A DNA stretch of 64,000 nucleotides. Source: Tubiluchus corallicola (taxonomy: Eukaryota; Animalia; Priapulida). The DNA lies in the NCBI GenBank assembly GCA_030141605.1, contig JAQGDQ010000108.1, positions 310,001-374,000 of the forward strand. Reading direction: 5' to 3'. Under the pieces are notes generated by a model. It worked only from the letters and a program-made list of their open reading frames with translations, did no database searches and had not been told where the DNA came from. Both the position numbers and the translations under genes were made by a program. This document shows positions 49,363 through 63,500 of the stretch, in pieces (position 1 is the stretch's first letter; every line of letters begins with the position of its first letter).

Positions 49363-51521
49363 GTATGTAGAGTCTTGCAGACACTGCAAGTACTGAGTCA
49401 TAATGTGACAGCATGCATTCAAGGACAAATGTCAACGTGTATGGAAGGTAGGTACTAGACAGGTGCCAACAATCTTGCGCGTACATAACATAGATACACC
49501 CTTATATGATATTTTGATATTTTTAACGTTTTTATGCTGGAAGTAAAATAAGTGTGAATTCATTCATTGTTTGGTTCAACTGTAGAGTATAGATCACTTG
49601 GATTTCCTGAACTTATTGTGAGGTACGTACAACAATTTAAATTGTGTAATAATTTAGTGTTTTCCAGAACAAAGTTAATGCATAATCCATTCCATATCTT
49701 TATAACCTGTTTTTTTCCTATTTACGGCTTGCGTTTCTTTTATTTTTGTTTTTTAGCTTTTGTATTCCTGAATTCATATTCCTGTGTGTAAGCCTATCTG
49801 TTTTTGCATTTAATGTTATTCTGAACATTTTATAAGTAAATACTTTACAATTATAAACTTTCCTGTTTTGTTCACTTCCCTGTATAAACCATTTGCATGA
49901 GTTTGTGCTAGAAATTCTTAGAGATGTTGTATGATTGACGTGTCATTGAGTGTACGGTTAAACGCTAGTAAGTGTAACTATTTAGCACGACTTGCAATTC
50001 TATCACTGATACATGCAGATGAGGGCAAGAGACTGCAACCTTGCTGTCCGTCAGCGCCAACAATGTCACAGAAGATCAAAATAAAACAATAAAGCTTTCT
50101 TGCTATACATTTACTAACGATTACTACGTCCCCGTATTGGTACTTGTATTTATTTATGTTAAGCTCAGACGCAATACTACCTTAGAAGCACCTTCTAAGG
50201 TGCTTCTAAGGTAGACTGAACTCATTAATTGTCAGACTTGTTGCATCTTGTTTTTCAGAGATCGTGCCAATGGGTAAAATGAATAACCATAATAACAGTT
50301 TCAATTTTTATTCGGATATATACCTTATAATTTTATGATAATTACATGCAGCAGACATTTAACAGTGACGCAAATAACTGTTGAAAATCCATCAAGTTTT
50401 TGAAATTACTTGAGGCCTAAATTATAATTTGCTCGATTTTTCAAAAATGCTTATCCATACGACGGATAAATCACTAAAATATTATTCAGCTTCTGAGATG
50501 TCCGTTATCTAATTCCCAAATGTAATTAAGCGGCCACCCTCATCAAGCTCTCGAAATTATACTTCTGAGTCTTGCTATCATATACGATTCCAAGAAAGCG
50601 GTAGTTATTGGAATTATGGTGTTTCTACTGCTACGTACATCAGCAGATTTCATTGCTTTATGATAAGTTACAAATTTACAATATACTACATATAATATAT
50701 ATATATATATATTGTAATATTACATATAATATAATATATATATATATATATATATATTATACTGTATGTATAATACATTAGCATACGCTGCTGGAAAGAA
50801 AAAACGGATATGAGAATTTGTTTTAGACTCCAACATGGAAACGATAATGCACTTTACGCGGCTGATATTTCTAAATTTTATATGACACATTTAACGCGTT
50901 TCATATTTTTCAGATCATTTGAACACTGGTATAAAACTTTATGACATGTAGTGTAGACCCAACTTGTTGAAAACTGACTTTAGAAACGCTATGATTAAGA
51001 AGTCTCATTTCATTGTAATATTTGTCAGTTAGGCTTAACGAACACACTGAATATCAATAACCAGTTGTACTTATCGCAGACGAACTAATTAATAATTCGA
51101 TGTAAGCAGGTAAATATTTTAATCCTTTCTTAACTATTCTACTTTAGATATTACTTGAGTACAAATACGTAGAAGAACATTGCTGGCTGTAGGGAATGCA
51201 ATCACATTATCATGTACTTGGCATGTACTGCATAACTTTGCTACATTCTGCTCCAAGCAAAAAGCATAAAACATTTAAAATGGAACTCACACTCCCTCTA
51301 TTCTACTAAGATCTATACAAATTAAAATGATTTAGCTATGCCTGATAATATATTGTGATACACAAAACAGTTTAAAAGTTAAATTGGCAGCAAACTGTTA
51401 TAAAAATGCACACAATAAAAAGAAATAAAATTAAAAGTATTAATCAACTCTATATAGCTATAAAATATATATATATAGTTTTGTTTCGACTAATTAATCT
51501 TTGCAGTGACATTAATATATT

Positions 51522-53102
51522 TCACGTTGTGTTCACAACATTATTTAATCTCTTAAAATACTGTTTAATTAATGTGAACAGAAACTCTATCCATTCACAT
51601 ACAGCAATAGCTGACAGACCGATGAAGAGTCCAGCTAATCCACCTATGTCTGATGCCCAATCTGTCAATGTGTAGGCAATACGCTCTTCAAGCTGTTCAG
51701 TAACTGCAGCAGAAACTCGGACTTTGATTGTGTTCCACTTCATAGGATAAATCATTTCTCTGAACTGCCTGTGTAAATTTGCCACAGTGCTGTCATTTTC
51801 ATATCCCCATTCTGCACGCAATGCGTTGGCTAGCTCTAACAGATTTTGCTGCTGAGCCTCATACACAATATATGGCTTTAGCAGTCGTTTTGACAGCATG
51901 TCATCTCTGTATAATAATCGACCACCAGTCTTCCATATGTCTAACTCATAGTTATACTCAGTGCACGGTGATGGGCACCTGCATTTCTCTGTGTCCAGTG
52001 TTTCATAAATACGTTCAAAAAGGCATGAACAAGCTAAAGACTTTGACTGATTAGGTGATATAATACATGCATCCCTGCAAAATGGCACATCATCTTTGCC
52101 AGTAATGTGTTTCACAAAACCACTGTGCTTTGGAAAACCAAAAAGTGTACATCCGCAGACTTCTAATGCAAAGCGAATCCAACAAGTCCACTGGCATTTA
52201 ACCTTAGAATAGTCATAGTTTTTTGCTGATGCATAAATGTCAAAATGTTCATATCTTTCTTTCATTGTCTCCTTCTCATACTCGATACATGAGCCCCCAT
52301 CCTTTTTTGACAAGTGAACCTGTGAAATGTTGTTTACTATTATTTCGACTAGCTCGCCACCAGTTGTAGACTTCCAATCTGATCCAGCATACAGTTTAGG
52401 TGAATGAACATTAAAATAATAGCCAATCGTAACGTATTCATGATTCTCATGGACTTGACGGTTTAGTGGTGGTAATTTTGCCAATAGAGCAATTGGTGTT
52501 TCAAGTTTAATATGCATAATCAGGGGCAAATCCTTTGCTCTTACATATTTGTCATTAACCAATTGTGTGTTTGGCGGATAAGCTGTGATGCAGTTCATGG
52601 TATCATATACTGCACTCACTATTGAACAGTTCCCCTGTGAAAGAAATTGTTGACCAAACCAGCAGCTCGTTTTCTTTCTAAAAAAATCGTTGCTGGCCAC
52701 TGAATATCCTTGATTTCCAACCGATGCAATATTCATAGCCGATTCAACACTTTTCCCTTGTTGTACGATAAGCTCATCCAGAATTGGTAAAATGTTAGCA
52801 ACAAGTGTGCTATAACCTCTTGCATCGCACACTGATAGAGCTGGGTATTCTAGTAGCTCATTATGCACTGGGACTATCTTTATTTGTGTGGTTCTGCTCA
52901 GGTATTTGGACAACTGTATTCCAGCCATGAGTAAAAAAGTGATGCTAGCAGCAACGAATAAGAAGCTCCAAATTAAACGTGCAAATTGTGTTCTTGCACC
53001 ACCAATGTTCCCAATGCCATGCGTAGCCGACTTCTGACTGAAATCTGTAAGAATTTCCCGAAATGAGGAATGCGACCTTCCTGTATCAACAGGTTTTGAC
53101 AT
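51522..53102 (-). CDS. DEG/ENaC (amiloride-sensitive sodium channel / ASIC superfamily) subunit, single coding exon, 526 aa
   Basis: Pre-TM1 HG motif (SATHGI), TM1, YPALSVCD (FPAVTICN-like), Cys-rich thumb, TM2 SDIGGLAGLFIGLS with the G-x-S filter. Confidence 0.95.
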   Translation of the reverse strand: MSKPVDTGRSHSSFREILTDFSQKSATHGIGNIGGARTQFARLIWSFLFVAASITFLLMAGIQLSKYLSRTTQIKIVPVHNELLEYPALSVCDARGYSTLVANILPILDELIVQQGKSVESAMNIASVGNQGYSVASNDFFRKKTSCWFGQQFLSQGNCSIVSAVYDTMNCITAYPPNTQLVNDKYVRAKDLPLIMHIKLETPIALLAKLPPLNRQVHENHEYVTIGYYFNVHSPKLYAGSDWKSTTGGELVEIIVNNISQVHLSKKDGGSCIEYEKETMKERYEHFDIYASAKNYDYSKVKCQWTCWIRFALEVCGCTLFGFPKHSGFVKHITGKDDVPFCRDACIISPNQSKSLACSCLFERIYETLDTEKCRCPSPCTEYNYELDIWKTGGRLLYRDDMLSKRLLKPYIVYEAQQQNLLELANALRAEWGYENDSTVANLHRQFREMIYPMKWNTIKVRVSAAVTEQLEERIAYTLTDWASDIGGLAGLFIGLSAIAVCEWIEFLFTLIKQYFKRLNNVVNTT

Positions 53103-53692
53103 TTTAGTTGTGAATATCTAGTTTGCAGGAATGTTTGTGACAACTTAGAAAAAATTTCCCTAATTTCTCGCTTAAATAAATGACAAATTAATTATCACGG
53201 TCATTTGTCTTCACAAACAATAAGTAATAAAATGAAATATTATCGACTGTTACTGTTTTTGCACAAGCGGCCACTGCAGGCACTTACTAATTGCAACAAT
53301 ATTGCCGTCTTTCTCTATTTGTCAATGCTATATTTTATTTCCCTGCTTTCTTTACCGATAATGGCTTGGTATTGTGAGCTTTCTAACACCTGACTTCATT
53401 CAATTGACATTATTTATTGCAGCATAGTGTTTTCTGTTATCATATCTGAGTTTACAGAAGTGCCTGTAATGTATTCTTGCTGTTGTTACAATAGTCAGCA
53501 AACCTGCATGGTGCTTCTACTCTAATTGTTTGCTGCCATGAGTTTTGTGAATGGTGGCTTCACTTTTTGATACAAACCTTTACAAACCTTTTTGATATAA
53601 TACAAATGATATTTAAAGTAATGGACACTGGTTAGGAATTGAGAATATGAATATCAGAAAAAATTGAATTCTTAGGTAATTAATAAGTTAGT

Positions 53693-53693
53693 G

Positions 53694-53758
<65 letters not shown>

Positions 53759-54945
53759 CTTTCATTTATCTTTTAACACACGCACAGTTATAATACAATT
53801 AATTTGGTAATAATAATGTGAAGAAAAGGCAGCGAAAAACCAATTGGTCATCTAGTCAGCTGCCCTATGGTTAGTGATGAACATTTTTATAGGCGCTACG
53901 CTACAGTGTATTAGTGTTAGTACTGCTTATAATAAAAACTAAATTGTTACGAATGACATTAAATTGATATGCTTATAACGTGTTAGTACAATTCATACAC
54001 AGTATTAATAAGTGCATAATATTAAAAAAAATCAAACTGAAAATAACTGAAATAAAACTGAACTGAAATAAGAACTGAAACAAGAACTGAAATAAAAATC
54101 TGACAACAGAAACATAATAACAATGGCAACTGAAATTTACTTTATAACAGAAGCATAATTCTTAGACATAAGCAAGCGAATGTATAATGGAGTCATAATA
54201 TATCATAATAATGTAAAAAAATACAGAGCGATTTTTGATGATCTGAGGTAAAATAAATAGGCAGATAGTTAAAGCACAAGAAATTACCTGTATGACTGCA
54301 TGAGGAGATTGGCAATTGGAGTCCAGACTTTGAAAATGATCTACAGAAGTTAGACAATAAACAATTAAATATTGAAGTTAATTGAACCTGGTATAACAGT
54401 AACTGCTCTTGAACGCAGTTAGACAATTTATTAGTGGGCAAAAGAAATAAAAGTTGTAAAAGTTGTTACAAAAATACTGTACGCTTATATGTAGTTAATC
54501 TCAGTAATAAGTTTGCAAGAGTTGACATTTAAATAATTTACTTAAGTGACAGATACTGTTGATTGCTTAAGATCATCTGAAAGAGTATTCCATAGAATTG
54601 TACCATTATGTTTTAAAGTATGTAGACCTTTTGTTGTGTTAAATCTTTCCTGAAAATAGTTTTGTTTGGTAGCTGCTCTCGTAGAATACTGGTGAACGTC
54701 ACTAATCTTTTTGAAATAATTGCCGTATAATTTAGGTAGAATGCCCTTTTTATAGTTGAACATGAATTTCGCTAACTCAAGCTTATAAATTTCATTAATT
54801 TTTAATAATTGCAAAGCATAATAGGAAGGGGTAGCATGATCTCGGAACCCAGCAAAAGTCATTGTTTTGATAATTTTGTTATGTGCTGCTGTAAGTGGTT
54901 TCAGAACAGATTTTTTGCTGTGCCCCACGATAAGATACAATAGTT
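53693..54945 (-). mobile_element. 5'-truncated CR1/L2-group LINE (ORF2 C-terminus, long 3' UTR, (TTA)n tail)
   Basis: ORF 54542..54940 ...LLKINEIYKLELAKFMF...HQYSTR...GTILWNTL is typical of CR1/L2-group ORF2 ends; (TAA)n at 53693-53757 is the tail on the minus strand. Confidence 0.75.
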
Positions 54946-56709
54946 AATGTGATAGATGATATCTGTTACCAGTTGCTATACGAAAAAACAAAAATCCATG
55001 GTCCAAAACGTCACAAGAGACGCAGCGGCAAAATGAGTACTACCAGCAAACTATCAACAATTAGGAACCAGTGAAGACAGCTCTAGAGAGCATATTCCGT
55101 AAAAGTTGTGATAAATGAGACAACAACAACAGACCTTCAGTAATAAATAAAACAGTTAATTCCAAAATTAGACCCGGTTATACTGACAATACGACTTAGT
55201 AGTCTACTAACTGAGTTAAGTTAACAGGTTGAACCATTAACTAAGATGCTGGCCATATGCTGTACTACAAGCCCTATGTAAGATCAATTGATTTGTTAGA
55301 ATGAGCATGAGTACGGAATTACAACCTGTGCAGACAAGCCTGAGCACAATACAGACAAATCACTTTTTAATTACATTCTTAGTCACTTCTAGGTACATTC
55401 AGAATAAATTTCTAGACAATTAAATTTGGTTATTATTGTTTGTTTTAACTGACAAAAATAAATTCTTACAATAGTCTTATAATTGGTGTTATCATTGGTG
55501 TTTGATTTTCAACCAGTGATCCGACTGCTAAATTGCTCCACAGCCTTTCTAATCAGGCTTGAGAATTGTGTGCCATGCATGACATAAGATGTTCAGTCAG
55601 AATGCATGACAATTGTAAAAAGAATGGTGTATAATCGCCAAAATGTACTTTACTCAAAATATTTGGAAATTACAACCATCAAAAAATTCTCCATTCTGCT
55701 TTCATCAGTCTTAATGTCATCTCATCTCTTTTTACTAAAACTTTGTTACTAATATTAGAACGCTAATACACAAAACTAGTTCTATGCACAACAACATCTA
55801 GTAACAACTATTAAAATAGAAATGAGATAGACCTTCATTTCGTACTTACTTTCAAATATCATTGGCAGACACTTGCCATCTGACAAAAGGTGTGTTAATA
55901 ATCATCACATTCTCTTTTATCTTCTCTGACATATCTTCTACTGATATGCGTTACAAATAGATGAGGCAACAACCGTGAAAAATTATTTAGACATTGTTCA
56001 CTATTATTCGGGTCAGGTACAAGTTATTGCAGTCCATTTCAGAAATTCCCACTCAATGAAATTACTTTTATGATTTACAAAAACAACAATATTTTGTAAC
56101 TTCTTCAGTACTACACACTGTGACCCAAGTCCTATTAGACCCTTTTCAAGTACTTCATACCATTCAAATATATCTTCAGGAGTCCCAACAGGCATTTTAA
56201 ACAAGTCAGTATTCAGGTTTTGTAAGATTTTAACACTATCAGAATCTTAATAGGCTGATTCTAAACATTTGGCATTTTACTGTAAACAAACTGAAATTAC
56301 TGTAGTTCTTGCAGTGACTGGTTTGATTTTGTAATTTTAATATGAAGAAGCTTAAGTATATATGTGCGGTCTTAAACAGCTTCAGATATGCTAATAAAAG
56401 CAAATATACATATCAGTGCAAACCAGAACTTCTCTCTAAAATGTACTTCCACATTAATAAGCTTCTAACAATTCATAGCAAAGACTGCTGCATGCAACCC
56501 ATGGAAATAGCACATATAACACATACATGTAGTAGTATTTTTATATGCGAGCTGTAATATGCCAGCAGCCTTTAAAATAACATCCCAGCAGAATTTCTTG
56601 TAGCAAAACAGTTTTGATACTTATAACACCATGCGGGTATTTTAGCAGAACATTTCCATTGGCAAGTAAGCCTATTGTTCAATTCAATACATATTACTCT
56701 GCATTTAAT

Positions 56710-58173
56710 CCCACTATTATTTGATCTCTTGCGATATTGTTTAATAAGTACAAAAGGAAATTCGATCTACTCACGTACAACTAAAGGTGATAAACCAACA
56801 CAAGTCTCAGTTAGTCCACCCATGTCTAATGCCCAATCTGCCAATGCCAATGTGCAAATAATGCACTCTTCAGTCTGCTGAGTAACTGAATTGATAACAT
56901 GCACTTTAATCGTGTTCCATTTCATTTGATACACTATTTCTCGAAAATTCTTGTGTAAATTTACCACAGTGCTGTCATGTTCATATCCCCATTCCTTATA
57001 CAATGCGGTGGCTAACACTGTCTGGTTCTGCCGCTGCGCCTCAAATGCAATGTATGGTTTCAAAAGTTGTTTTGTCTGTAAATCATCTGTTCGTAATAAC
57101 CGCCCGCCACTTTTCCTTACATTTAAATCGTATCTGTTCTCAGTACATGGTTCTCGGCATAAGCAGTTCACTGTGTCTAATATTGCTGAAGCATTTTCGT
57201 TAAGACATGAGCAAGCTAAAGAACTGATTAGCACATGCATCGATGCAGAACGGCACATCATCTTTGCCAGTAACGTATTTCACAAAGCCGTAATGCTTTG
57301 GAAAACCAGAAAGTGTGCATCCACAAATGTCTAACGAAGTACGAATCCAACAAATCCACCATTTTCTGTGGATGCATAAAGATCAAAAGGTTCATACCTT
57401 CTCATACTCGATACATAACCCTCCTCCTCTTTTTGGCAGGTATATATAGAAAATGTTCTTTACATTTACTTCTACCACCTCCCCTCCAGTTGTGAACTTT
57501 CACTCAGCTCCACATTGTATTTTAGGAAGATGAATATCAAAACGATAGCCAATTAAAATGGTCATTTTTACCAAGGTTTTGAATCTTTGATGGTGGCAAA
57601 CTTACCAAACTATCAATAGGTGTCTCCAGTTTTACATGCAATTCCAGTGGCAAAGCTTTAAATCTTACAAACTTTCCGTAGATCATTTGTTTGCTTGGAG
57701 AGTACACAGTGAAGCAGTTTAATTCATCATAACTAACATGCTAAATTGAATAGTATGGTTTTGCAAAAAAATGTTGACCATGCCAGCAACTTATTTTACT
57801 ATTAAAAGAAACATTTAGTGCTGTTGCTGGACTTGTAATAGATGCATAATCTATTGCAGATTTAACGCTGAGCCATTTTTGCACGATGAGTTCATCCAAA
57901 ACAGGTAAAGGTTCAGCAACAGACATATAGACAAAGCTGTATACCCTAGCAACTGATTATATATCGGACTTATCTTTGTCTGTGTGACTCTGCTCAAGTA
58001 CTTGGAAAGCTGTACGCCAGCCACAAATAAAAAAGTAACACTGGCAACAACAAATACAAGACTCCATGATAAATGTGAAAATCGCGTTTTTTACTGCCAA
58101 TGTTCGCGATACCATGTGTAACTGACTTCTGACAAAAATCATTAAAAATTTGTTGAAACGAGCTCGATTCCAT
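56710..58173 (-). pseudogene. DEG/ENaC pseudogene, tandem paralogue of 51522-53102
   Basis: Fragments in different frames: MESSSFQQIFNDFCQKSVTHGIANIG; LPVLDELIVQK..KISCWHGQHF; SLACSCL..CREPCTE..GGRLL..LLKPYI..EWGYE..MKWNTIKV..DMGGL. Several frameshifts; the Trp of EWIE is a TAG at 56767-56769. Confidence 0.92.
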
Positions 58174-61100
58174 TGTAAAATACCGCCACGTGTAAAATTG
58201 TAACATTAAGATGTTTTCAGTTTGTGAAGTTCCCAAAAATATTATTTGCTGGGGCAATGGCAAGTTAGTTGCAGATAGACAAATATTCTTGCCTAGGCAA
58301 AACTGACAATTACATCAGGTAAACATCATTTGCACGTTTCAATAACAAGTGAAACCAGGTAAAAGCTTTATTTTCTATAATACTTTTATTCTGTGTTGTT
58401 TGCTGAAGCATTGTTGGAGTCACTTTCTGTTGCCTAGTTGCGATGCACCTTGTTAATTTACATGAAAGCACGGCTTTTACACTAATGGTGTACTATTGAG
58501 CATTTTTTCTGGACAAATGGTATTTACTATCATAGTTACATTTTGGTTTGCATTCACTAACAATGACCGCTTGAATGAAATCCACCCAACAAAACTGAAG
58601 AAAGGGTCGTAGAACAACGCATTTTCCTGTATTTAAGGGTATTTTGGAGACCTCAAATGAGATCTAAATTTCTCTTGCGAACGTGATTTGAAACGTGATT
58701 TTCTTACGAACTTACATGGCACTAAAACGTTTCTACAGTTTCACAAGAAATGGAACATATATGCACATCAGTAAGTATCAAACTTGGAATGTCTACAGCT
58801 TGATAATAACTAGAGCCCACTACAACATTTTTTCATCTGAATAGTGACAGATACAATGAATCAAGAATTTTCACTCCAAAGATAACACTCTGATCTAAAA
58901 GTCAGCAGAGAACTACTGATAGGCCAATAAGAAATGTACGTTCCTGCAAGTAGTCAATAATATTTAGCATTATTGACTACAAATGGCTTTGTTAAATAAA
59001 GAAATGAAGAGATGAAAAATAGCCAAACACATATTTTTAAACACAATTGAAATATTTTATCTGCCATTATAGTCACCACCAAAGAAATGGCCCTGACTGT
59101 TAGAAAGCAGTCTGAAAAGAATGCAACTGATTTGCAATTTAACAAGAAAAAGCTTGTTCCAAGCTAAAAATGACTGAGATTTTTTAAAAAGAAAGCTTAC
59201 TCAATATCTATGTATAAAATGAACCCTCTCCTTATATGTAGCACTACTTATAATGCTAGGCAGCTTTTGCATATAATTTTACGTACAGATTTGCTTACGT
59301 AACACAATGCTATCTTTCATATATTTTCTAATGTATGCGACACTTTGCATTATTAGATTTAAACTTTTGTAGGTTCTTCAAGGAAATAAAGTCAGCCTTT
59401 AAAAACGTTAGCATTGCACATACGACGTTTGCAGCGGTACTTGAAACATTTTGGTTTTAATTAATGGCTTTTCTTTTTATAAAAACGGTGGTTATAAGAA
59501 CTGCTAATTTCCTGATTTCCAACTTGATCCAAAACAGCAAAATCCAAAACACTCTGCACTCATTCTACGTTGGTAACTAATGCCAAAGTGCCATACATAC
59601 CCTTCATTACGGCGGCCTTAATGAGCATCTGCATAAGTAACTTCTCTAGCTTTGCGCATCAAGTGCTTCAAGTCCTGATAACAACAAACTGTGGATTACA
59701 CTCACATTTTTCACAAGTGCTCACTAAGATTGAAAGTTTGTTAGATACAGCTACCGGCGCCGCCAACGCACTGACGCACGTGCGTCCACAGAATTACTTA
59801 AGAAAAAAATTCTTTATGGCTGAATAATTTTTCTAGAAGTAAACTAAGAAACACATCAATCCCTTGTTTGTTTGCGCAAACCCCAAGAAGTAAGCTATTT
59901 TGCGCAGTGAAGTTATGTTTATGTTTTCCACTTACATAGTGGCGATTTTATTATCGATTTCCGTTGTCTAGACACTTTAGCCAACTGTAACTGCACTTCT
60001 GCATTTAGGGGGTCGGCCCGAGGGTCCTGCCACTCCACCCCTTCACGGTAATAGTGAAATTATGAGTAACGAGTTTGAAGTGACGCAATGACTATGAGTT
60101 TTAATTTGGTGAACTTGCCTGAGGAAATAGCTTAAATTAGCAACTGCAAAATGCACTAAAATGCAGTAAAACGCATGTGAGGCCGAAATGTTCTGCCGTT
60201 TAGCTGTGTCTGGTGGGGAAAATTAGCTAGCACGCATCCAACTTATTAAATTTTGTATGAACAATTCTCAAATCAGTTTTATGTTTGACTATCTACATTT
60301 TAGTGAGTGGATAATCTTGACACTAAATAAATTAAGCTTAAGTAATGGGACATCCGCATTGCAGTGTATTACGACGAACTTGCTTTCAAGATAAATTACT
60401 ACTGCAATAGAATGCAACGAATATTACCTAGCTAAATGTAGGTAAAATATATTCATTAAAGCAGACTTTTTCATGTTTGAGGAAGTCTATGTACCAGAAT
60501 TTAGATCTCATTTGAGACCTCCAAAATGTGGTTAAATACTGGAAAAGAACCCCGGACACCACTGGGGTGAGCTTACAGCGCTCCCCCAGACACCCTAGCT
60601 TGTGCGTCAAATTTTTTAAACTCTGGCGGCGCCCAAGGATGCAGCTAATTTTATTTAAAATTAGAGCACAATTTCAGCTATCGATATTCCGCAAATGTTA
60701 GTTATAATAAAAATACCGAGCAGAGACGAGTCATGCACCTGTAAAGGTATTTGTCGGTTTCTGTTGCTACTGTCTTCAGTAGAGCAGTTCAAATAAACAG
60801 AAATTTTTAAAGAATGAATTTGTACATTCGTCAATCATAAATCGAACCTCGACTCATCCATTATTTAATTCTTGAGTAAGATGACTACTATTAGTAGACA
60901 TAATAGTAGACATAATATCTACTGCTGTGTGCCATAATTTGTCAAGTTACAAGACACTTTTGGTGTTTTAACTCCTCTGCATACGTTATGCAGTATTAAA
61001 AAACATGTAAAATCAGGATATTTCAGATTAGCATACAAATACTGTATGCACTGCAGCACTAAAAAATTTTGTATTTACAAAAATATTAAATATAGGCTCA

Positions 61101-63500
61101 ATTTATGAATAACGTTGTGCATGATCACTAAAAAGACAGCCAAGATTACCTCAAGATTTATACAATTGCTGGGATTCCTAGCAATGCTAACACGGTATGG
61201 CCACACGGTTATAACAGCCACTAGGGGCACCCTGATGCACCAGGATATGTGAAGTAGCACCAATTCGTCTGCCTGCCATTTGGTAGTTTTTGACATGGAT
61301 TCTCCAGCATGTAATTCCAGAAATGTACATAGACGTACAAAATGGATGATAAAACAACCACATCGGAATACAATGGTTGGGATAATTTCAGCAAGAAAAG
61401 CTTCGGAAACGAGACAACTATAGTACCAATGCAAACGAAGAAAAATACATAAAAAAACAAATAAGGCTATGCAACAACACCAATTTTTACCAACTACAGA
61501 AAGCTGAAGCTACAAATGCAAACGAAGTAACCAACATTAACACACAATCATACGAACAAAAATTATTGGGTACACTTAAACACAGAAACTCGACAAATAT
61601 TACAGCAGAAACATTGCTGTACAAGATCAATAATATCAATAGAAATTTTTAGCATTGACTTATCAACTGTTTACAGAACTAAAATACGTCAATGGATTCC
61701 AAAAAGTAAAATTTTAAATTTGTCCTGCTGAAGCAATCACCACATAGTGCGATTACTCGAGCCTGGACAAAAAAGCATGATGATCTACGTCAAGATATGT
61801 AGCGCCGCCTAGTGTCCACACTCACTGCGCTTCAGCTCGGTAGTGAAAAGCCGCTTGTGGTTGCCAAGTGTAGCAACTTCAGATGTGGATTTGCCAGGGA
61901 GACCACACGATGCTGACGTGTTGATAATGGTTGTGGGTGATTCAAATGGGCCCTGTCCAGCCCAATTGCCTAATCTGGCCCCTAAATGGTACCCGTACTA
62001 TGACCACTTTAACCACCAGCCAAACGCGGAACCTACAGAATTTATACGACGCCTTGAAAGATTAGTGAGCATTTTAATAAATGTAACAGAAAGCCACAAC
62101 AAACATACACTATCCAGTGTTCTAGCTATAGTGTTCTCTTACAAAATACTATAAATTGAATTCTTCAAATTGAAAAAAATTATTAAATTGTTTTGTAATT
62201 GCAACAGGATTTCTTCGTCGTAGCCAAACTTATTGCACAGGCTGTCACATCAATCAGTCAATAATCTCCCAGTCAGCAACAGGCCATCAAAATTGTGAAC
62301 AATCAGACCGAAATATTCATAATGCATAATATCCCTAGACATTTAGGAAGTAGAAAATTAGCACGAGGCAAAGCCAGTATTACTCCACATTAATTTCATC
62401 AAATCTGTGAAACAAAGGCTACACAATTTAAAAAAAAATTGTGTCAGTAGCTAGAACACTGTTTTTAAGGTAACATGTATGCCACATATTATCAATGCCT
62501 AAGTATAGGAGAGCAGTCCTACTGCAGCACAACCTAAATTTATTGTTGTAATACTGGACGATCAGGTGCACCAAAACAAAATGTAGGGGTTATTTTAAAA
62601 CAACAACTATTTATTGTTGTTTCAGACAAAAAAATTATATGATTCTCCACACTAGAAGTCACAAAGATTTTTGAAAGCCCTTTGATTTCAAGAGCACCTT
62701 CAGCAAGAGAAGCTTACCGTATCACAAAAATTAAGCGGTAACCAACATGTTATAAGTCTAAAGCAAGTTTGAGATGGATATGTTTTGAACTTTGGGAATT
62801 TAAAAAGTAAGTTCTATTTGAAAAAATGGGTTTTTCAGACAGTGCTTGGAAAACAGTAAAAAATCTGTGCAATTTTAATAACAGATTACGGCAACAGGAT
62901 TAATTTATAGAAATGCAATTTATTTTTGTGTCAGGTGAAGTCACGTGTACCACTGAGCGGAATCATAATGAACAAAAAATAGCTAAAAAAGGGTTTAAAT
63001 TTAGCATGCAGTTGTTAAAGACAATGAAAAAATAAATTTGCTATATTCAACAATTAAGAAGGACATCAGATTTTCTAATTTTTCATTTATAATACTTTTT
63101 TCAATTTAAACGATTTGTTTTGTGCTAAAGTAACTCGGATTATCTTGCTCTTTAATAAATTTAATCCTCACCCCAATGACTTAGGATGTCTTGTAAAAAT
63201 AATTTTTTATTTAAAAAAAATTAACTCTCTGAAATATGACATATAAATGCTAAAGTTTAGACGGGTTTTTGAACAGCTGCATATAAAGCTAGAACAATAA
63301 ACTATACTCCAAAAATGATGCACATTTCTAAAAAAAAACACTAAATAGCATATTTTCATACCTGCCAACTAACGCGACTGGATAAATTTTCAACTATAAG
63401 TCTGTAGTCTGTCCTTTGTGGTGGACCATAACGACTGAAACAGAGACGAAAAGTGTTTAAAAGTTTAGCAATTTGCAAAACTTGAGAGCAAAAGTAAGTA

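Noticed and set aside
58620-60546. Large TIR element defined by the inverted ~50-bp pair near 58620-58670 and 60498-60546
   Set aside because: No TSD or terminal motif found; probably two fragments of a dispersed repeat in opposite orientation
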